The notes: generated by a model not told the origin, from the letters alone. A stretch of DNA of 64,000 nucleotides from a virus (IMGVR_UViG_3300024268_000023); one strand, 5' to 3'; counted from the stretch's first letter, positions 39,501 to 48,424 are shown. Program-made: numbers and translations.

Positions 39501-41587
39501 ATACTTATGAAATTGTTAGAACCGCACTGAACAATGGCACCTTAAGAAATCTTAGGCTTATAGATATGAATTGGCCTGCAAGTTATGAAATTCCAGACGA
39601 TGCGATCTTTGAAGACATTCTTGCAGACAATAACCAAGATGGCAAACCTGATGTAGGCGGCTTGGACTCTTCTGGCATAGAAACGGATTTAGCGTCATTA
39701 ACGGGTAAAGCATATGTTTCTGTAATAGGAACAAAGGATTGGGATGACTATAAACAAATTTGGCCCAGTTTGGAAATTGAATATGGAGAAGATAAACCTC
39801 AATTTGAGGTCGTTTTCGTGAACTGGGAAGACGAAGTAGTGGATACTCAATATGTTATCGGAGGTGCTTCGGCAGAAGATCCTTCTAAAAAATCAGATGT
39901 GGCTATGCTTTTGGAGAAACCGTCTAGTAAAGCGGAAGACTATCATTTTGTTGGATGGAACGGAAGCTTAGCTAACATTGTAGAACCTAAACGATTTAAG
40001 GCTGTATATGAGTCATCTCCTCGCACTTATACGATTCAATATGTTTCAAACCCTACTGGCAATCATGAAAAAGTGTTACAAGTCATCGAGAAGGTGCCCT
40101 ATGGAACAGTTGCATGTTATGATGAAGAGACATATGGCATTCCAGCATATACGAATGACGAAACCGTAGGTAAATTCTATTTGTTCAGCCACTGGAAAGA
40201 CTCTGGACTTGCAGATGGTGAAAAAGAAAAAATAGAGGCAGTTTTTGACGAATTTAATTTTTACGACAATGTTAATTATTTTTACGAAAATAAAATAGAA
40301 GATCTCTCATATGTCGAACTATACGCTTTATGTCAACTGGTCAAACAGGGTCTTGTAACTTTAGAAGAAAAAGAAGATACCAGCGGGACTGTTGTTGAAA
40401 GAGGGGCTGTTGCTGTCGGAGATCCTTATACCTTAAAATTAGGTTATGACGTAGATTATGAAGACGTTAATTCGGAACTCTTGATTGAACACACCACTGT
40501 TTTTGATGGAACGGCATCTAGTAGTATTAGAGATACGAATATTAAACTTTTCGATGAAGATAAAGATTTTGTTTTGGCGATTGACTATGAGTTCAGTCAA
40601 GGCAACCAAGATGGAGCAGTATTAATGCAGTGTTATAATAGCCATAACTCCAGCGGAGTAAAACTCGGATTTACAAATGAGAACAATGTTTGTTGTCAAT
40701 GGGGGGCTGGTACTCCAGAAACGTTGGCATCTCAAAGCGAAAGAGAAGTGTTGGTTATAAGACATTGTAAAGGAAAAACAGATCTTGAAATTTTTAAATC
40801 TTCTTTAAATGGGGATTTTGTAACAACTAAGTCACTATCCAAAGCGCAAGATACAAAAATTGATGATACTTTAGTTTTTGGATTTGCAAAAATTGGAGAA
40901 CAGGTTTTTGATGGATACGCCAAAGGAAAGATTCATTGGTGTAAGATTTGGTGGGGAGACATTGGTGAAGAAGAATGTAGGAAGCTTGCTCAATGGGTTC
41001 ATGAACCTCTCAATATGGAGATTGGTGGGCTAGATCGATACTTCCTAGATGGAGGCAATGGTTTGAGCTCCATTACGTTGATTTCCAATACATTGCTTTC
41101 CAAGAAAAAAGTCTGGAATGAGGCTGACTCTGATGGCAACGCAACGACGGCTGGAGGTTGGGCAGAGTCTTATCTTAATTCATATTTGAATACTAGAGTG
41201 TATAATGCGCTGCCAACGCAGTTAAAACAAATAGTAAAAGAAGTTTCTTATCCATGCTTAGCAGGAGAAAAGTCCGAAGAAGTTATTACGACTACTTCAA
41301 AAATCCTTATTCCTGCTGTCGTGGATATGTTTGAAAATTGTTCGGATGTTTATAAAAAAGAGCTCAATACTCGCTCTACAAATAAAGGCATGACTGGAAT
41401 GGCTAATGCTTCAGATAGAATTTTCTACTACCCAGATGGAACCACTGGTGAATATTGGCTTAGAACGCCTTTCGTCACTGGCACTTATAAAAATAGAGTA
41501 AACACCGTTACAGATACTGGCAATATGTATACTAGTGGACGGGCTTCGTATAATGCATATGGTGTCTCCATTATTATTAACTTGTAA
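33575..41587 (+). CDS. Giant (2670 aa) multidomain tail fibre/baseplate protein: BppU-like N terminus, TVKEYVD repeats, LamG-like, CotH-kinase-like, LRR, C-terminal DUF6273/lectin-like
   Basis: Motifs QYIQFTMP, QGTSS, MVDNRAKN, YDFDT, LKKLDISSNPLLEHLDMRN, EYWLRTP. Confidence 0.7.
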   Translation: MSINYANSLSEVGAVTGNAKVVSEAVPAAAAFSEETEINEGVWEIDETYDQYGDEYFDENPSTVDKEKNIVIGNNEQLNLEQEENSQYIQFTMPLKYDGFDLSKTALTIHYDAPIPKETLEDGTIKEREHYSHPPVNVMYNRTTNQLRFGWLVEGDATQAPGNLVLSIHAEGANSKGKAYRWKTKPYDKIVVNKALCLDCDKEIEFDDSWVQNIVDKVITQVAEAKLEAYVSEAEEHATSAATFAENAASAAENAVAAALKEGNYTAKGDNVSVFVNDAKYATIDGVAQAIAAADITSKLGNYYTKEQTHSYVEGKGYLVDTDLTNSLINYTKTEDLQKEYALKTEIPSLDGYATEKFVTEKLGEIVSVSETTDEETGETTTTKTPVTVKEYVDTAVANIDISGRLGDIKDEGNNDITVEAYVAQEIGKVDVSAQINEKVGEIGEDTVKTYVDNKVGSVNVSEQLKPYATTEAVKAMFNEKLGEIVSVSEKTDEETGETVEVKETITVKEYVDTAVENVNVKEQLVGLASEEYVEGRLGELGEITTGEGDEAVTSKKTVKQYVDDKMTNYATVTALQNINQTVSEHTESIGNLSREFSSIKTEVDGVKDIPHYTYEASFGDFEAEDGTTQKDTFVLWQKNAAGELEVASRFPISGGGGGGASTANKLEIYYDKDQAGKNINSYVFTNDNVAEEKSFIKFEFAGTDPMGDPVPSANAVWAIKKKGTTAWTTVFVGDVNEGENTFNIGEFLSAGKYDVRIAVSDDSGAYIQKSWSVQLVEFKIESEFNDRTSYVAGDVSISYIPHGSIAKDIHIIVDGSESIVPDSSSGGSVPYVVRGLGHGSHLVEMYMTAQFEGNSEPTESNHIFKDIICLDASNTTPVIGTVYQEFTARQYDTTNIEYTVYDPLNSENPVVEIFVNDQIVSTLTLEKPTNIYAFKSDSLESCVIKIKCRDTEKILNATIIPLDIDASPVLTGLEFDFNPVGRSNEGDNRLWTDANNPAVTLSVSDNFDWINGGYQRDENKDQYFCVKAGTRATINYKLFENDPKATGKEFKVIFRSKNVRRRNTSFIQCLNDGIGLDMKIEGAFVQCSNGTLKSNYCEDAIIEYEFNINKAEDMTIVMSYEDGTPSTPFKYDATTSFKQQTAQPITIGSDDCDIHIYRMKAYSKSLSDSEILKNFIADARNASEMINRHDRNQIFDENNALITTTASGGFSVDALMKAAPDLRYIFLEAPKFTADKGEDIAGSTVYFRYPAGKRPQDNWVCRNMVHHGQGTSSNEYGDAGRNMDLVMDGDDCEFEWINEAGETVTSSTITLSDNSVPTDYLNIKVNIASSENANNAGMAKRFNEYQPFVRYAKLKNDKVKDTMEFYNCVVFIRETDEDITSHREFNDTKWHFYAIGNVGDSKKTDDTRVNDKNDVKEHVVEIMDADVALAEFPTGLSGNEICPETNWKAGNEAFDVLYSEYKLKEDKIKSFGNGSYEFRYEKKGITKEEQEANVNAWRKFYKFVVTSSDEDFHQNLKHYFVVDSALYFYLFTERYTMVDNRAKNSFWHYGKAYYSHVEAEQYGLDITDPRVAKYIDDEEAAIDNGYRYDLTFGYDFDTCLGIDNTGNFVFPYGKEDTDYYGDEEGNSTPVFRVYNSVFFCRLRDLFASELETMFKDRESAEAWLSESLIKQWDDAQAQFPEELWRLDYQRKYYRTYSGKSIDNSKPKSDEKFLTGKFFGRKKYARRAFESDNEIYFASKYFGNKVMLDSGYIRGYLGNDNLNPTPNYSITITPYSDMYLCIKYGSAGSDPLHSTYGIDDGVDIDLIGKPKRIKAGESYKFVNNAKQMDFVYFYGLSRIQEINDLSRCYINEGGFNKGARLQKLIIGSAEDGYNNTFLKKLDISSNPLLEHLDMRNVSGFDGALNLEGCNNLKELFAEGTKISSISFSNGGLLETAHLPETISSLSMKNLSYLKDLQIAGYDNIRSLTVESCPAVNTYEIVRTALNNGTLRNLRLIDMNWPASYEIPDDAIFEDILADNNQDGKPDVGGLDSSGIETDLASLTGKAYVSVIGTKDWDDYKQIWPSLEIEYGEDKPQFEVVFVNWEDEVVDTQYVIGGASAEDPSKKSDVAMLLEKPSSKAEDYHFVGWNGSLANIVEPKRFKAVYESSPRTYTIQYVSNPTGNHEKVLQVIEKVPYGTVACYDEETYGIPAYTNDETVGKFYLFSHWKDSGLADGEKEKIEAVFDEFNFYDNVNYFYENKIEDLSYVELYALCQLVKQGLVTLEEKEDTSGTVVERGAVAVGDPYTLKLGYDVDYEDVNSELLIEHTTVFDGTASSSIRDTNIKLFDEDKDFVLAIDYEFSQGNQDGAVLMQCYNSHNSSGVKLGFTNENNVCCQWGAGTPETLASQSEREVLVIRHCKGKTDLEIFKSSLNGDFVTTKSLSKAQDTKIDDTLVFGFAKIGEQVFDGYAKGKIHWCKIWWGDIGEEECRKLAQWVHEPLNMEIGGLDRYFLDGGNGLSSITLISNTLLSKKKVWNEADSDGNATTAGGWAESYLNSYLNTRVYNALPTQLKQIVKEVSYPCLAGEKSEEVITTTSKILIPAVVDMFENCSDVYKKELNTRSTNKGMTGMANASDRIFYYPDGTTGEYWLRTPFVTGTYKNRVNTVTDTGNMYTSGRASYNAYGVSIIINL

Positions 41588-41605
41588 TATTATGGGGTTG
41601 ATACA

Positions 41606-41920
41606 ATGTTTTATAAAGTTTTATATAATAATCAAATAATAGACGCTCTCGATTGTTTACTTTTTGTAAAGTATCAAGCCAGAAACAATAAGATGGTGTT
41701 ATGTTCGGAAAAAGAGGCTCAAGGTATTCTTTCTTCTGACCAAAACACTATTTGGCATTTGGAAGGATTTTACAAGATTCCTGTGCCTGGATATGATACC
41801 GTTAAAGTAGTTGAAATTGATGAGCACGAGTACAAACAACTCAAAATGCTCAACGGCAAAACTCCCGAAGAAATTATTGATGCATTCGTGCTCACACTGA
41901 TTAATGAGGGGGTAATTTGA
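41606..41920 (+). CDS. Small tail-fibre-associated protein
   Basis: 104-aa ORF coupled to the following XkdX-like gene. Confidence 0.55.
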   Translation: MFYKVLYNNQIIDALDCLLFVKYQARNNKMVLCSEKEAQGILSSDQNTIWHLEGFYKIPVPGYDTVKVVEIDEHEYKQLKMLNGKTPEEIIDAFVLTLINEGVI

Positions 41921-41922
41921 GC

Positions 41923-42054
41923 ATGAGACAATTTGTTGAATCTTTAAAAAGACTTTATGCGTGCCATGCTATCGACCGGGACATGATAGAGTCTTTTAGG
42001 CAGGAAGGGAAGATTTCTGCTGAAGAAAAAAGATATATATTAAATGAAGTTTGA
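41923..42054 (+). CDS. XkdX-like 43-aa protein (below ORF-track cutoff)
   Basis: MRQFVESLKRLY...GKISAEEKRYIL, typical size and motif after fibre genes. Confidence 0.6.
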   Translation: MRQFVESLKRLYACHAIDRDMIESFRQEGKISAEEKRYILNEV

Positions 42055-42058
42055 AGAG

Positions 42059-42080
42059 GGAGCCCAACGGGCTCCTTTTT
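42059..42080 (+). terminator. Intrinsic terminator
   Basis: GGAGCCC-AAC-GGGCTCC-TTTTT; shows the ORF-track start at 42044 is too early. Confidence 0.8.
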
Positions 42081-42109
42081 CTATATTAAAAATGAAGGAG
42101 GTCGATATG

Positions 42110-43096
42110 ATGGCTAATTTGTCCAAAAACGCTTTTGGTACAAGAGGCAATATCGCAGCTGCCCTTGAGGCAGGTGCCATCGACGAGTATGACATTCTCT
42201 ACCTTGGTGATACCCAGGAAATTGGCTGGATCGACAAAAATGGTGATCCCGTAATTTCCACCACCAGAACTCAGGATGAAATTACCGTTAATGGCGTAAC
42301 TGGTCTTGGTATCGAGAATGGTGGTGTAATCCCTTCCGGTAAATCTCTCGACGAGATTGTAAGAATGCTTGTTCAGAAAGCAGTTCCCGCAACCTATACC
42401 AAACCTACTCTTGCTATTGCAAATAATGGCGGACAAGCATCCGGTAATGTTGAAGCGGGTACTTCTGTAACTCCCAAGCTTAAAGCAACCTTCACTCAGA
42501 ATGATGCTGGTGCTCTTACTGCAATTTCTATTCTTAAAAATGGAGTTGCAGTAGAGGAAGGTACGGTTTCTCCTCTTGTTCACACTGGTGATGCTATTGT
42601 AATCGGTGACGAAACTATTACTTTCAAAGCAACTGCAGATTACGGTGCAGCCGCAGTTAAGAATGACAACCTTGGCAACGAATCAAAAGACAACTGGTTC
42701 GATGCAGGTACTGTAAATTCTTCTGAGTATTCCATTACGGGTAAGAGAAACGTTTTCTATGGTGCAGGAGTTGGCGAGCTTCCCGCTGTAACTTCTGCTT
42801 TTGTACGCGGTCTCAACGATAAGAAACTTGCACCAGCAGCTGGCACTTCCATTACCATTGATGTTGAAGTAGGCCAGCAGTATGTTGCTTTTGCATATCC
42901 TGCAACTCTCAGGGATGTAAATAAAGTAACTTACGTTGAAGCAAACGATCCTAATATGGCTGGCAACTTTACCAAACATACTATCAACGTTGCTGATGCT
43001 CGCGGTGGCGAAAATGGTCTTATGTCTTATAAAGTTTACACTTATGAGATGGCTGTTCCCGCTGCTGCAACTATGACTTTCACTGTAGTAATTTAA
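42110..43096 (+). CDS. Virion fibre/spike protein, paralogue A1
   Basis: RBS AAGGAGG; C-terminal ~230 aa closely match 47132-48121. Confidence 0.65.
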   Translation: MANLSKNAFGTRGNIAAALEAGAIDEYDILYLGDTQEIGWIDKNGDPVISTTRTQDEITVNGVTGLGIENGGVIPSGKSLDEIVRMLVQKAVPATYTKPTLAIANNGGQASGNVEAGTSVTPKLKATFTQNDAGALTAISILKNGVAVEEGTVSPLVHTGDAIVIGDETITFKATADYGAAAVKNDNLGNESKDNWFDAGTVNSSEYSITGKRNVFYGAGVGELPAVTSAFVRGLNDKKLAPAAGTSITIDVEVGQQYVAFAYPATLRDVNKVTYVEANDPNMAGNFTKHTINVADARGGENGLMSYKVYTYEMAVPAAATMTFTVVI

Positions 43097-43110
43097 GGAG
43101 GTAACTGACT

Positions 43111-44499
43111 ATGGCTATTGACAGCAAAAACCTTTTGGTTTGGGTAAAAGCGATGTCAAGAGGTCAGGCATTGCCTCTTGACGCATCTGAAATTCATGCT
43201 TCTCTTACAGAAGCAGAAAACTATGCTGGCTCTGCGATTGCCTACGCAGGTCAGACTATTAAAGCTCTTCTTGACGATGGCAAATATCATGAATATATTC
43301 TTCAGCCTTCTGATGCTGGCTATGTTCTTGAAGAAGTTGGCGCAGTAAAATCTGAAGATCTTAAACAGTATGTCCAGGTTGTAGAAGAACTTCCCGAAAC
43401 CGCTCAGGAAGAGGGCATTCTTTATATCAATGCAGAAGAAGCTACTGGTTCTATCTGGGTTGGTGACGCATGGAAAGAAGTATTCCGTGATGTACAGCCT
43501 GTTCTTGAAACAATGCAGCAGGAAATCGAAGACCTTGAAGGAGAAGTAGCTCTTAAAGCTCCCATTGAAAACCCTGTATTTAGCGGTGTTGTAAAAGTAG
43601 GAGAAGAAGAGGTTGCTCTTAAATCTTACGTAGAAGGCCTCTTTGCAAATCTTGAAGAAAGATGTGCAACACCTGGTATTCTTGATGCAGAAAATGATAT
43701 TCCTACTGGATACAAAGCAGGCGACAGCTTCCGCGTTGCAGAAGAGGGAACTTACGTTGGCGTTGAATGCGAAGTTGGCGACCTTATTCTTTGCGTAAAA
43801 GACTATGTTGAAGGTTCTGCTTCCGATGATGACTTTATTGTTCTTCAGACAAACATTGATGGTGCAGTAACTTCCAGAGCTGATACTGCAACCATCGGCG
43901 AAATCGTTGTATTTGACGCTGTAACCGGTAAAGTAATTAAAGGTTCTGGCGTACAGATTGCATCTCTCAATGAAGCTATTGCTATGGCTCATGAGCACGC
44001 AAATATGGCTCAGCTTGAAACTTATGACAAAACCCAGGCTGAACTTCTTGCAGCAGCTAAAGCTGAAGCTCAGGGCCTTGTCAATGCTCACGCAGAAGCA
44101 GTAGAAGAAGCTCTTGATAACAAAGCAGATAAAGCAACTACTCTTGCTGGTTATGGCATTACCGATGCTTATACTCAGACTGTAATTGATGAAAAACTTC
44201 AGCTTATTACTGAAAACCTTAACACTAAAGTAACTGCAACCGAGGTTGACACCAAGATTACTGAAGCAAGAGCAGTAACCCTTGAACAGGCTGCAGAAGC
44301 AGCAGCTGAGGCTCTTGAAGAAAGAATCGGCGGTATCCCTACTGAAACCACTGTTAAAGATTATATTGATAATGCAGTTGGTTCCGGCGGCACCGCTTCT
44401 GCTGAAGCTATCGCAAAAGCAAAACAGGAAGCTATCGAAACTTCCAATGAATACACTAATACTCAGATTGCAAACGCACTTGCTGTTACTGAGTTCTAA
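43111..44499 (+). CDS. Fibre protein, paralogue B1
   Basis: N terminus VWVKAMSRGQALPLDA shared with 48137; KADKATTLAGYGITDAYT fibre motif. Confidence 0.65.
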   Translation: MAIDSKNLLVWVKAMSRGQALPLDASEIHASLTEAENYAGSAIAYAGQTIKALLDDGKYHEYILQPSDAGYVLEEVGAVKSEDLKQYVQVVEELPETAQEEGILYINAEEATGSIWVGDAWKEVFRDVQPVLETMQQEIEDLEGEVALKAPIENPVFSGVVKVGEEEVALKSYVEGLFANLEERCATPGILDAENDIPTGYKAGDSFRVAEEGTYVGVECEVGDLILCVKDYVEGSASDDDFIVLQTNIDGAVTSRADTATIGEIVVFDAVTGKVIKGSGVQIASLNEAIAMAHEHANMAQLETYDKTQAELLAAAKAEAQGLVNAHAEAVEEALDNKADKATTLAGYGITDAYTQTVIDEKLQLITENLNTKVTATEVDTKITEARAVTLEQAAEAAAEALEERIGGIPTETTVKDYIDNAVGSGGTASAEAIAKAKQEAIETSNEYTNTQIANALAVTEF

Positions 44500-44525
44500 T
44501 TAAAGTCTGATTTTGGAGGTATAAA

Positions 44526-44993
44526 ATGGCAGATACAAATGCAAGCGCCATTCTGTCGGTTTATGCCACCGTTGCGAGCAAGTTGCCGGACTTGGCCATC
44601 AAGGACGGCAACTTGATTTTTGTACAAGATAAACACAAAATTGGTTTGGACTTTAACGGCAAAAGGGTATTCTATAAAGATATTGAAGAGCTTGATACCG
44701 AAGGAGTTAGAAGAACACTTTTAGCTCCCATTGTAGGAAAGTTCTATTTTGTAATTGATACAGCTGTTCTTTGGAGATATTCCGCTGATGGCTGGGTACA
44801 GATTACTACACCGCCAGAAGAAATTGTGTTTATCGGCACTGAACTTCCGGAATTGGGCGTGGCTCAAACACTATATGTAAATAAAGCAAAAAAAGAGATT
44901 CTTGTCTGGGATGAACCCAATGACGAATATCTTGTCGTTGCTGACAAAAGCGAAGCTGTGTCAACCGAAGATATAGATGCTCTTTTCGCTTGA
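44526..44993 (+). CDS. Fibre-cluster protein ending in EDIDALF
   Basis: LPELG....LYV module; C-terminal motif shared with neighbours. Confidence 0.6.
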   Translation: MADTNASAILSVYATVASKLPDLAIKDGNLIFVQDKHKIGLDFNGKRVFYKDIEELDTEGVRRTLLAPIVGKFYFVIDTAVLWRYSADGWVQITTPPEEIVFIGTELPELGVAQTLYVNKAKKEILVWDEPNDEYLVVADKSEAVSTEDIDALFA

Positions 44994-45014
44994 AATAGAT
45001 AAGGAGAGATATTT

Positions 45015-45809
45015 ATGGCAGATCAGAAATTCCTTGATTATGAAGGTCTCGGTTATTATGACGAAAAAATCAAAGCTCATGTTGCTGCTGAAATTGAAGC
45101 AGGTATCAATGAGATTGCAGACGACTATGATCCCGTAGGCACTGCTCAGACTAAAATCGACGAACTTAGAAAAGAACTTGTTGAGGGCGAAGGCGAAACT
45201 GCTGGAACTCTTGAAGTTGAAGTAGAAAAAAATGGCGATAACTATGTTATCAAACAGGGCGGTGTTGAAATTCAGACCATTAACATTCCTAAAGATATGG
45301 TCGTTGAAGGCGGTTCTGTTGTAGTTGACCCTGCAGGTCAGCCCGCAGGTACTTATATTGAACTTGTACTTGCAAACTCCGAAGATAAACTCTATATCAA
45401 CGTAAAAGATCTTATTGATGATTATACTGCAGCAGCAGATGCAGCACAGGTTCAGGTTGCTATTAATGCTAACAACGAAGTTTCTGCAACTCTTGTTGCT
45501 GGCGGTGTTGGTGAAACTGAACTTGCAAAAGATGCAGTAACTGCAGATAAAATCAAAGACGGCGCTGTTGGCGCAGCAGAACTTGCTGCAGATGCTGTAA
45601 CTGCTGAGAAAATTGCAGACGGCGCAGTAGGCGAGGATGCTATCGCGGCAGACGCAATTACTGCAGACAAAATCGCTGCTGGTGCAATTACCGCAGAAGC
45701 TATTCAAGACGGAGCAATTACTGCTGACAAACTTTCTGTCGATGCAGTACAGGGTAATATCAACGCAATCGAAGACGCTGATATTGATGCTCTTTTCCCT
45801 ACCACTTGA
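45015..45809 (+). CDS. Fibre protein with DGAVTADKI-type repeats
   Basis: N-terminal KFLDYEGL, tandem AVTADKI/AITAEAI repeats, C-terminal DIDALF. Confidence 0.65.
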   Translation: MADQKFLDYEGLGYYDEKIKAHVAAEIEAGINEIADDYDPVGTAQTKIDELRKELVEGEGETAGTLEVEVEKNGDNYVIKQGGVEIQTINIPKDMVVEGGSVVVDPAGQPAGTYIELVLANSEDKLYINVKDLIDDYTAAADAAQVQVAINANNEVSATLVAGGVGETELAKDAVTADKIKDGAVGAAELAADAVTAEKIADGAVGEDAIAADAITADKIAAGAITAEAIQDGAITADKLSVDAVQGNINAIEDADIDALFPTT

Positions 45810-45821
45810 TGAAAAATAAAT

Positions 45822-45848
45822 GAGGAGCCTTAATGGCTCCTCTATTTA
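45822..45848 (+). terminator. Intrinsic terminator
   Basis: GAGGAGCC-TTAAT-GGCTCCTC-TATTT. Confidence 0.7.
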
Positions 45849-45945
45849 TGATTTAGCTAAATTATGAATATGAAACGAAGGTTTGATGAAGTCGACAAAT
45901 CAAACCAAACTATAATAATTCCTTCGATGAAAGGAGGAACGGTTT

Positions 45946-46305
45946 TTGGCTGAAACCACAACTGAAAAGAAGTTTCTGGATCTCGAAGGTCTGGAATACT
46001 ACGATGGAAAAATTAAGAAAAAAATCGAAGACGGGCATAACCAATCCGTTATCGCCTTATCTGTCGATGGTACTACGGTTACCTATATAACCGGAGATGG
46101 CAAATCTCATACATTTGAAACGCAGGATACAAATACAACTTATTCTCTCGGAACGGATAAAGTTACCGGTTTGACAAAAATCTATGCAACAATTGGTGAT
46201 GCGGACGATGGAACAATGTCGCAGAGAGCAATTACAGAAGCTCTCGGAGAAAAGGTTGGCGTATCTTTTGACTCAAACAACAACACTTTGATTTTTACAA
46301 ACTAA
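45946..46305 (+). CDS. Fibre-cluster protein
   Basis: KFLDLEGL N terminus; GDADDGTMSQRAITEAL fibre motif. Confidence 0.6.
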   Translation: MAETTTEKKFLDLEGLEYYDGKIKKKIEDGHNQSVIALSVDGTTVTYITGDGKSHTFETQDTNTTYSLGTDKVTGLTKIYATIGDADDGTMSQRAITEALGEKVGVSFDSNNNTLIFTN

Positions 46306-46319
46306 AGGAGAAATGAATT

Positions 46320-47072
46320 ATGGCACATGATAATACTGCTTATACTGGTGCAAACGATGGAATAATCAGCGCTATTCAAATTCCTGGTGCTAACGGCACT
46401 AACAAAACCTATGAAATTCATGACGCAAGTGCTATTCACAGCCTCGAAGATCTTGATGTTGCTGCTATTATGCATTTTAAAGGCAAAAAGGACAAGAAAA
46501 CTGATCTTCCAGCTACAGGGAATGAGCTTGGCGACGTTTGGTATGTAGCTGAAGATGATTGTGAATATGTATGGGCTGATAAAAATAATGATAAGGTTGG
46601 AGATGAATGGGAAGCTCTTGGCAATGTTCATGATGCGGCATCCGTTGATCATGTCCATACCGTAACTGTAACAGGCACTAATAGCGCTTCTTCTGTTAGC
46701 GGTACTGTTGCAATTCCAGCTGTTACATCAAATGCTGTAAGCATTCCTAATGTCACTGAGAATGCTGAAATTACCGCTTCTAAAATTAGTGCTAATACTG
46801 AGGTTGCTGCAAGTAAGGTTGACGCAACTTCTATCCTTGCTTCTGCGTCTGTTACAAACGGAGTTCTTTCTTTTGGGGCCGCAGAAGTTGCTGAGGTTAA
46901 GGCTTCTAAAGTTACTGCTTCTGATGTTAAAGCAAGCAAAGTAAGTCTTGGAACTGCTATTGATGCATCTAAAGTAACTGTACAATCTACAGAAGTAGAA
47001 TTCACCGGTACTGCAGAGGCACAGACGTGGAATGCAGGTACCGTAACTGTTGGCGAACCCGTTGAAGAGTAA
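46320..47072 (+). CDS. Fibre-cluster protein with ASKV repeats
   Basis: FKGK...LP..GNELGDVWYV module; repeated ASKV/ASKI. Confidence 0.6.
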   Translation: MAHDNTAYTGANDGIISAIQIPGANGTNKTYEIHDASAIHSLEDLDVAAIMHFKGKKDKKTDLPATGNELGDVWYVAEDDCEYVWADKNNDKVGDEWEALGNVHDAASVDHVHTVTVTGTNSASSVSGTVAIPAVTSNAVSIPNVTENAEITASKISANTEVAASKVDATSILASASVTNGVLSFGAAEVAEVKASKVTASDVKASKVSLGTAIDASKVTVQSTEVEFTGTAEAQTWNAGTVTVGEPVEE

Positions 47073-47086
47073 TAAAATAACTATTT

Positions 47087-47115
47087 GAGGGCGGGAAACC
47101 GTCCTCTATTCTTTT
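47087..47115 (+). terminator. Intrinsic terminator
   Basis: GAGGGCGG-GAAA-CCGTCCTC-TATTCTTTT. Confidence 0.8.
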
Positions 47116-47131
47116 GAAAGGAGGAAGGTAA

Positions 47132-48121
47132 ATGGAAATTGATAAGATTATTTCACAAATACAAGTTCCCGGAGAAGCGGAAGCTTATAGCTTATTATCT
47201 ATTGCAGACAGTGAAATTAGCGCCACATCTACCAACCCCATCCAAAATCAAGCTGTTGCAGCTGCCATCGATGAAGCTACCACTACTGCAAACGCTATTA
47301 AAGTTGAGCTTGGAAGTGGCGGTACTGTCGGTGGATACAAGACTGGCGATACCATTGAGGCAGGCACCAGCATTCAATCTATCTTAAATAAAATTCTTCA
47401 GAAATCCGTTGCGGCCACTTATACTAGGCCAACTGTTTCAATTGCAAATAACGGAGGTCAAGCATCTGGAAATGTAGAAGCTGGCTCCACTATTACTCCG
47501 AAACTTAAAGCTACCTTTACTCAAAACGATGCTGGGGCACTTACCGATATTTCGATTCTTAGAGGTGGCACATCGGTGGCAAGTGGAACCACATCACCGC
47601 TTACTTATACAGGTGAGGCAGTTGTAATTGGCGATGAGACTATATCGTTTACGGCTTCAGCAAGTTATAATGCCGCACCTGCAAAAACCGATAATCTTGG
47701 CAATGAGTCCAAGGAAAACTGGTTTGACGCAGGCTCTGTTACTTCTGGAGCTTACAGCATCGTAGGGAAAAGAAATGCTTTTTACGGTACTGGAACAGGT
47801 GAACTACCGACAGTAACTTCTGATTTGGTTCGTGGACTCAGTGGGAAAAAACTTAATCCTGCAGCGGGGAACACCCTTACGATTAATGTAGCTGTGGGTC
47901 AGCAATATATTGTTTTTGCATATCCGGCAACTCTGAGGGATGTAAATAAAGTAACTTATGTCGAGGCCAACGACCCTGGTATGAAAGATAGTTTTACTAA
48001 AACCACTATTAATGTAGCAGATGCTCGGGGCGGAGAAAATGGGCTTATGTCTTATAAAGTTTATACATATGCACTAGCAAAGCCAGCTGGAGCAGTTATG
48101 ACATTTACAGTAACGATTTAA
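47132..48121 (+). CDS. Virion fibre/spike protein, paralogue A2
   Basis: Near copy of the C-terminal part of 42110-43096 (NNGGQASGNVEAG...RGGENGLMSYKVYTY). Confidence 0.65.
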   Translation: MEIDKIISQIQVPGEAEAYSLLSIADSEISATSTNPIQNQAVAAAIDEATTTANAIKVELGSGGTVGGYKTGDTIEAGTSIQSILNKILQKSVAATYTRPTVSIANNGGQASGNVEAGSTITPKLKATFTQNDAGALTDISILRGGTSVASGTTSPLTYTGEAVVIGDETISFTASASYNAAPAKTDNLGNESKENWFDAGSVTSGAYSIVGKRNAFYGTGTGELPTVTSDLVRGLSGKKLNPAAGNTLTINVAVGQQYIVFAYPATLRDVNKVTYVEANDPGMKDSFTKTTINVADARGGENGLMSYKVYTYALAKPAGAVMTFTVTI

Positions 48122-48136
48122 AAGGAGGGACTGACT

Positions 48137-48424
48137 TTGGCTAATAATTCAAATACAGACAGCAGATTAGTTTGGGTTAAAGCAATGGAAAGAGGTCAGT
48201 GTTTTCCTCTTGATGCTACTGAAATCTGGTATTCTCTCGAAGATGCTCAAAATTATGCAGCAACCGACCCAACCGCTTATGTTGGACAGTCCATTAAAGT
48301 AATCGAAGATGGCACGGTAAAGCTCTATCTAATCAGTAATGAAGATGGAGATTTGATCAGCGCAAGTTCTGATGTTGAACTTGAAGAAATAACTTCTGAA
48401 GAAATTGCGGCTTTATTTGAATAA
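48137..48424 (+). CDS. Short paralogue B2
   Basis: VWVKAMERGQCFPLDA as in 43111; ends EEIAALFE. Confidence 0.6.
   Translation: MANNSNTDSRLVWVKAMERGQCFPLDATEIWYSLEDAQNYAATDPTAYVGQSIKVIEDGTVKLYLISNEDGDLISASSDVELEEITSEEIAALFE

Noticed and set aside
42110-48121. The A1/A2 repeat as a diversity-generating retroelement template/variable pair
   Set aside because: Differences are mostly synonymous third-position changes of all base types rather than A-specific, both copies are full genes, and there is no reverse transcriptase in the window
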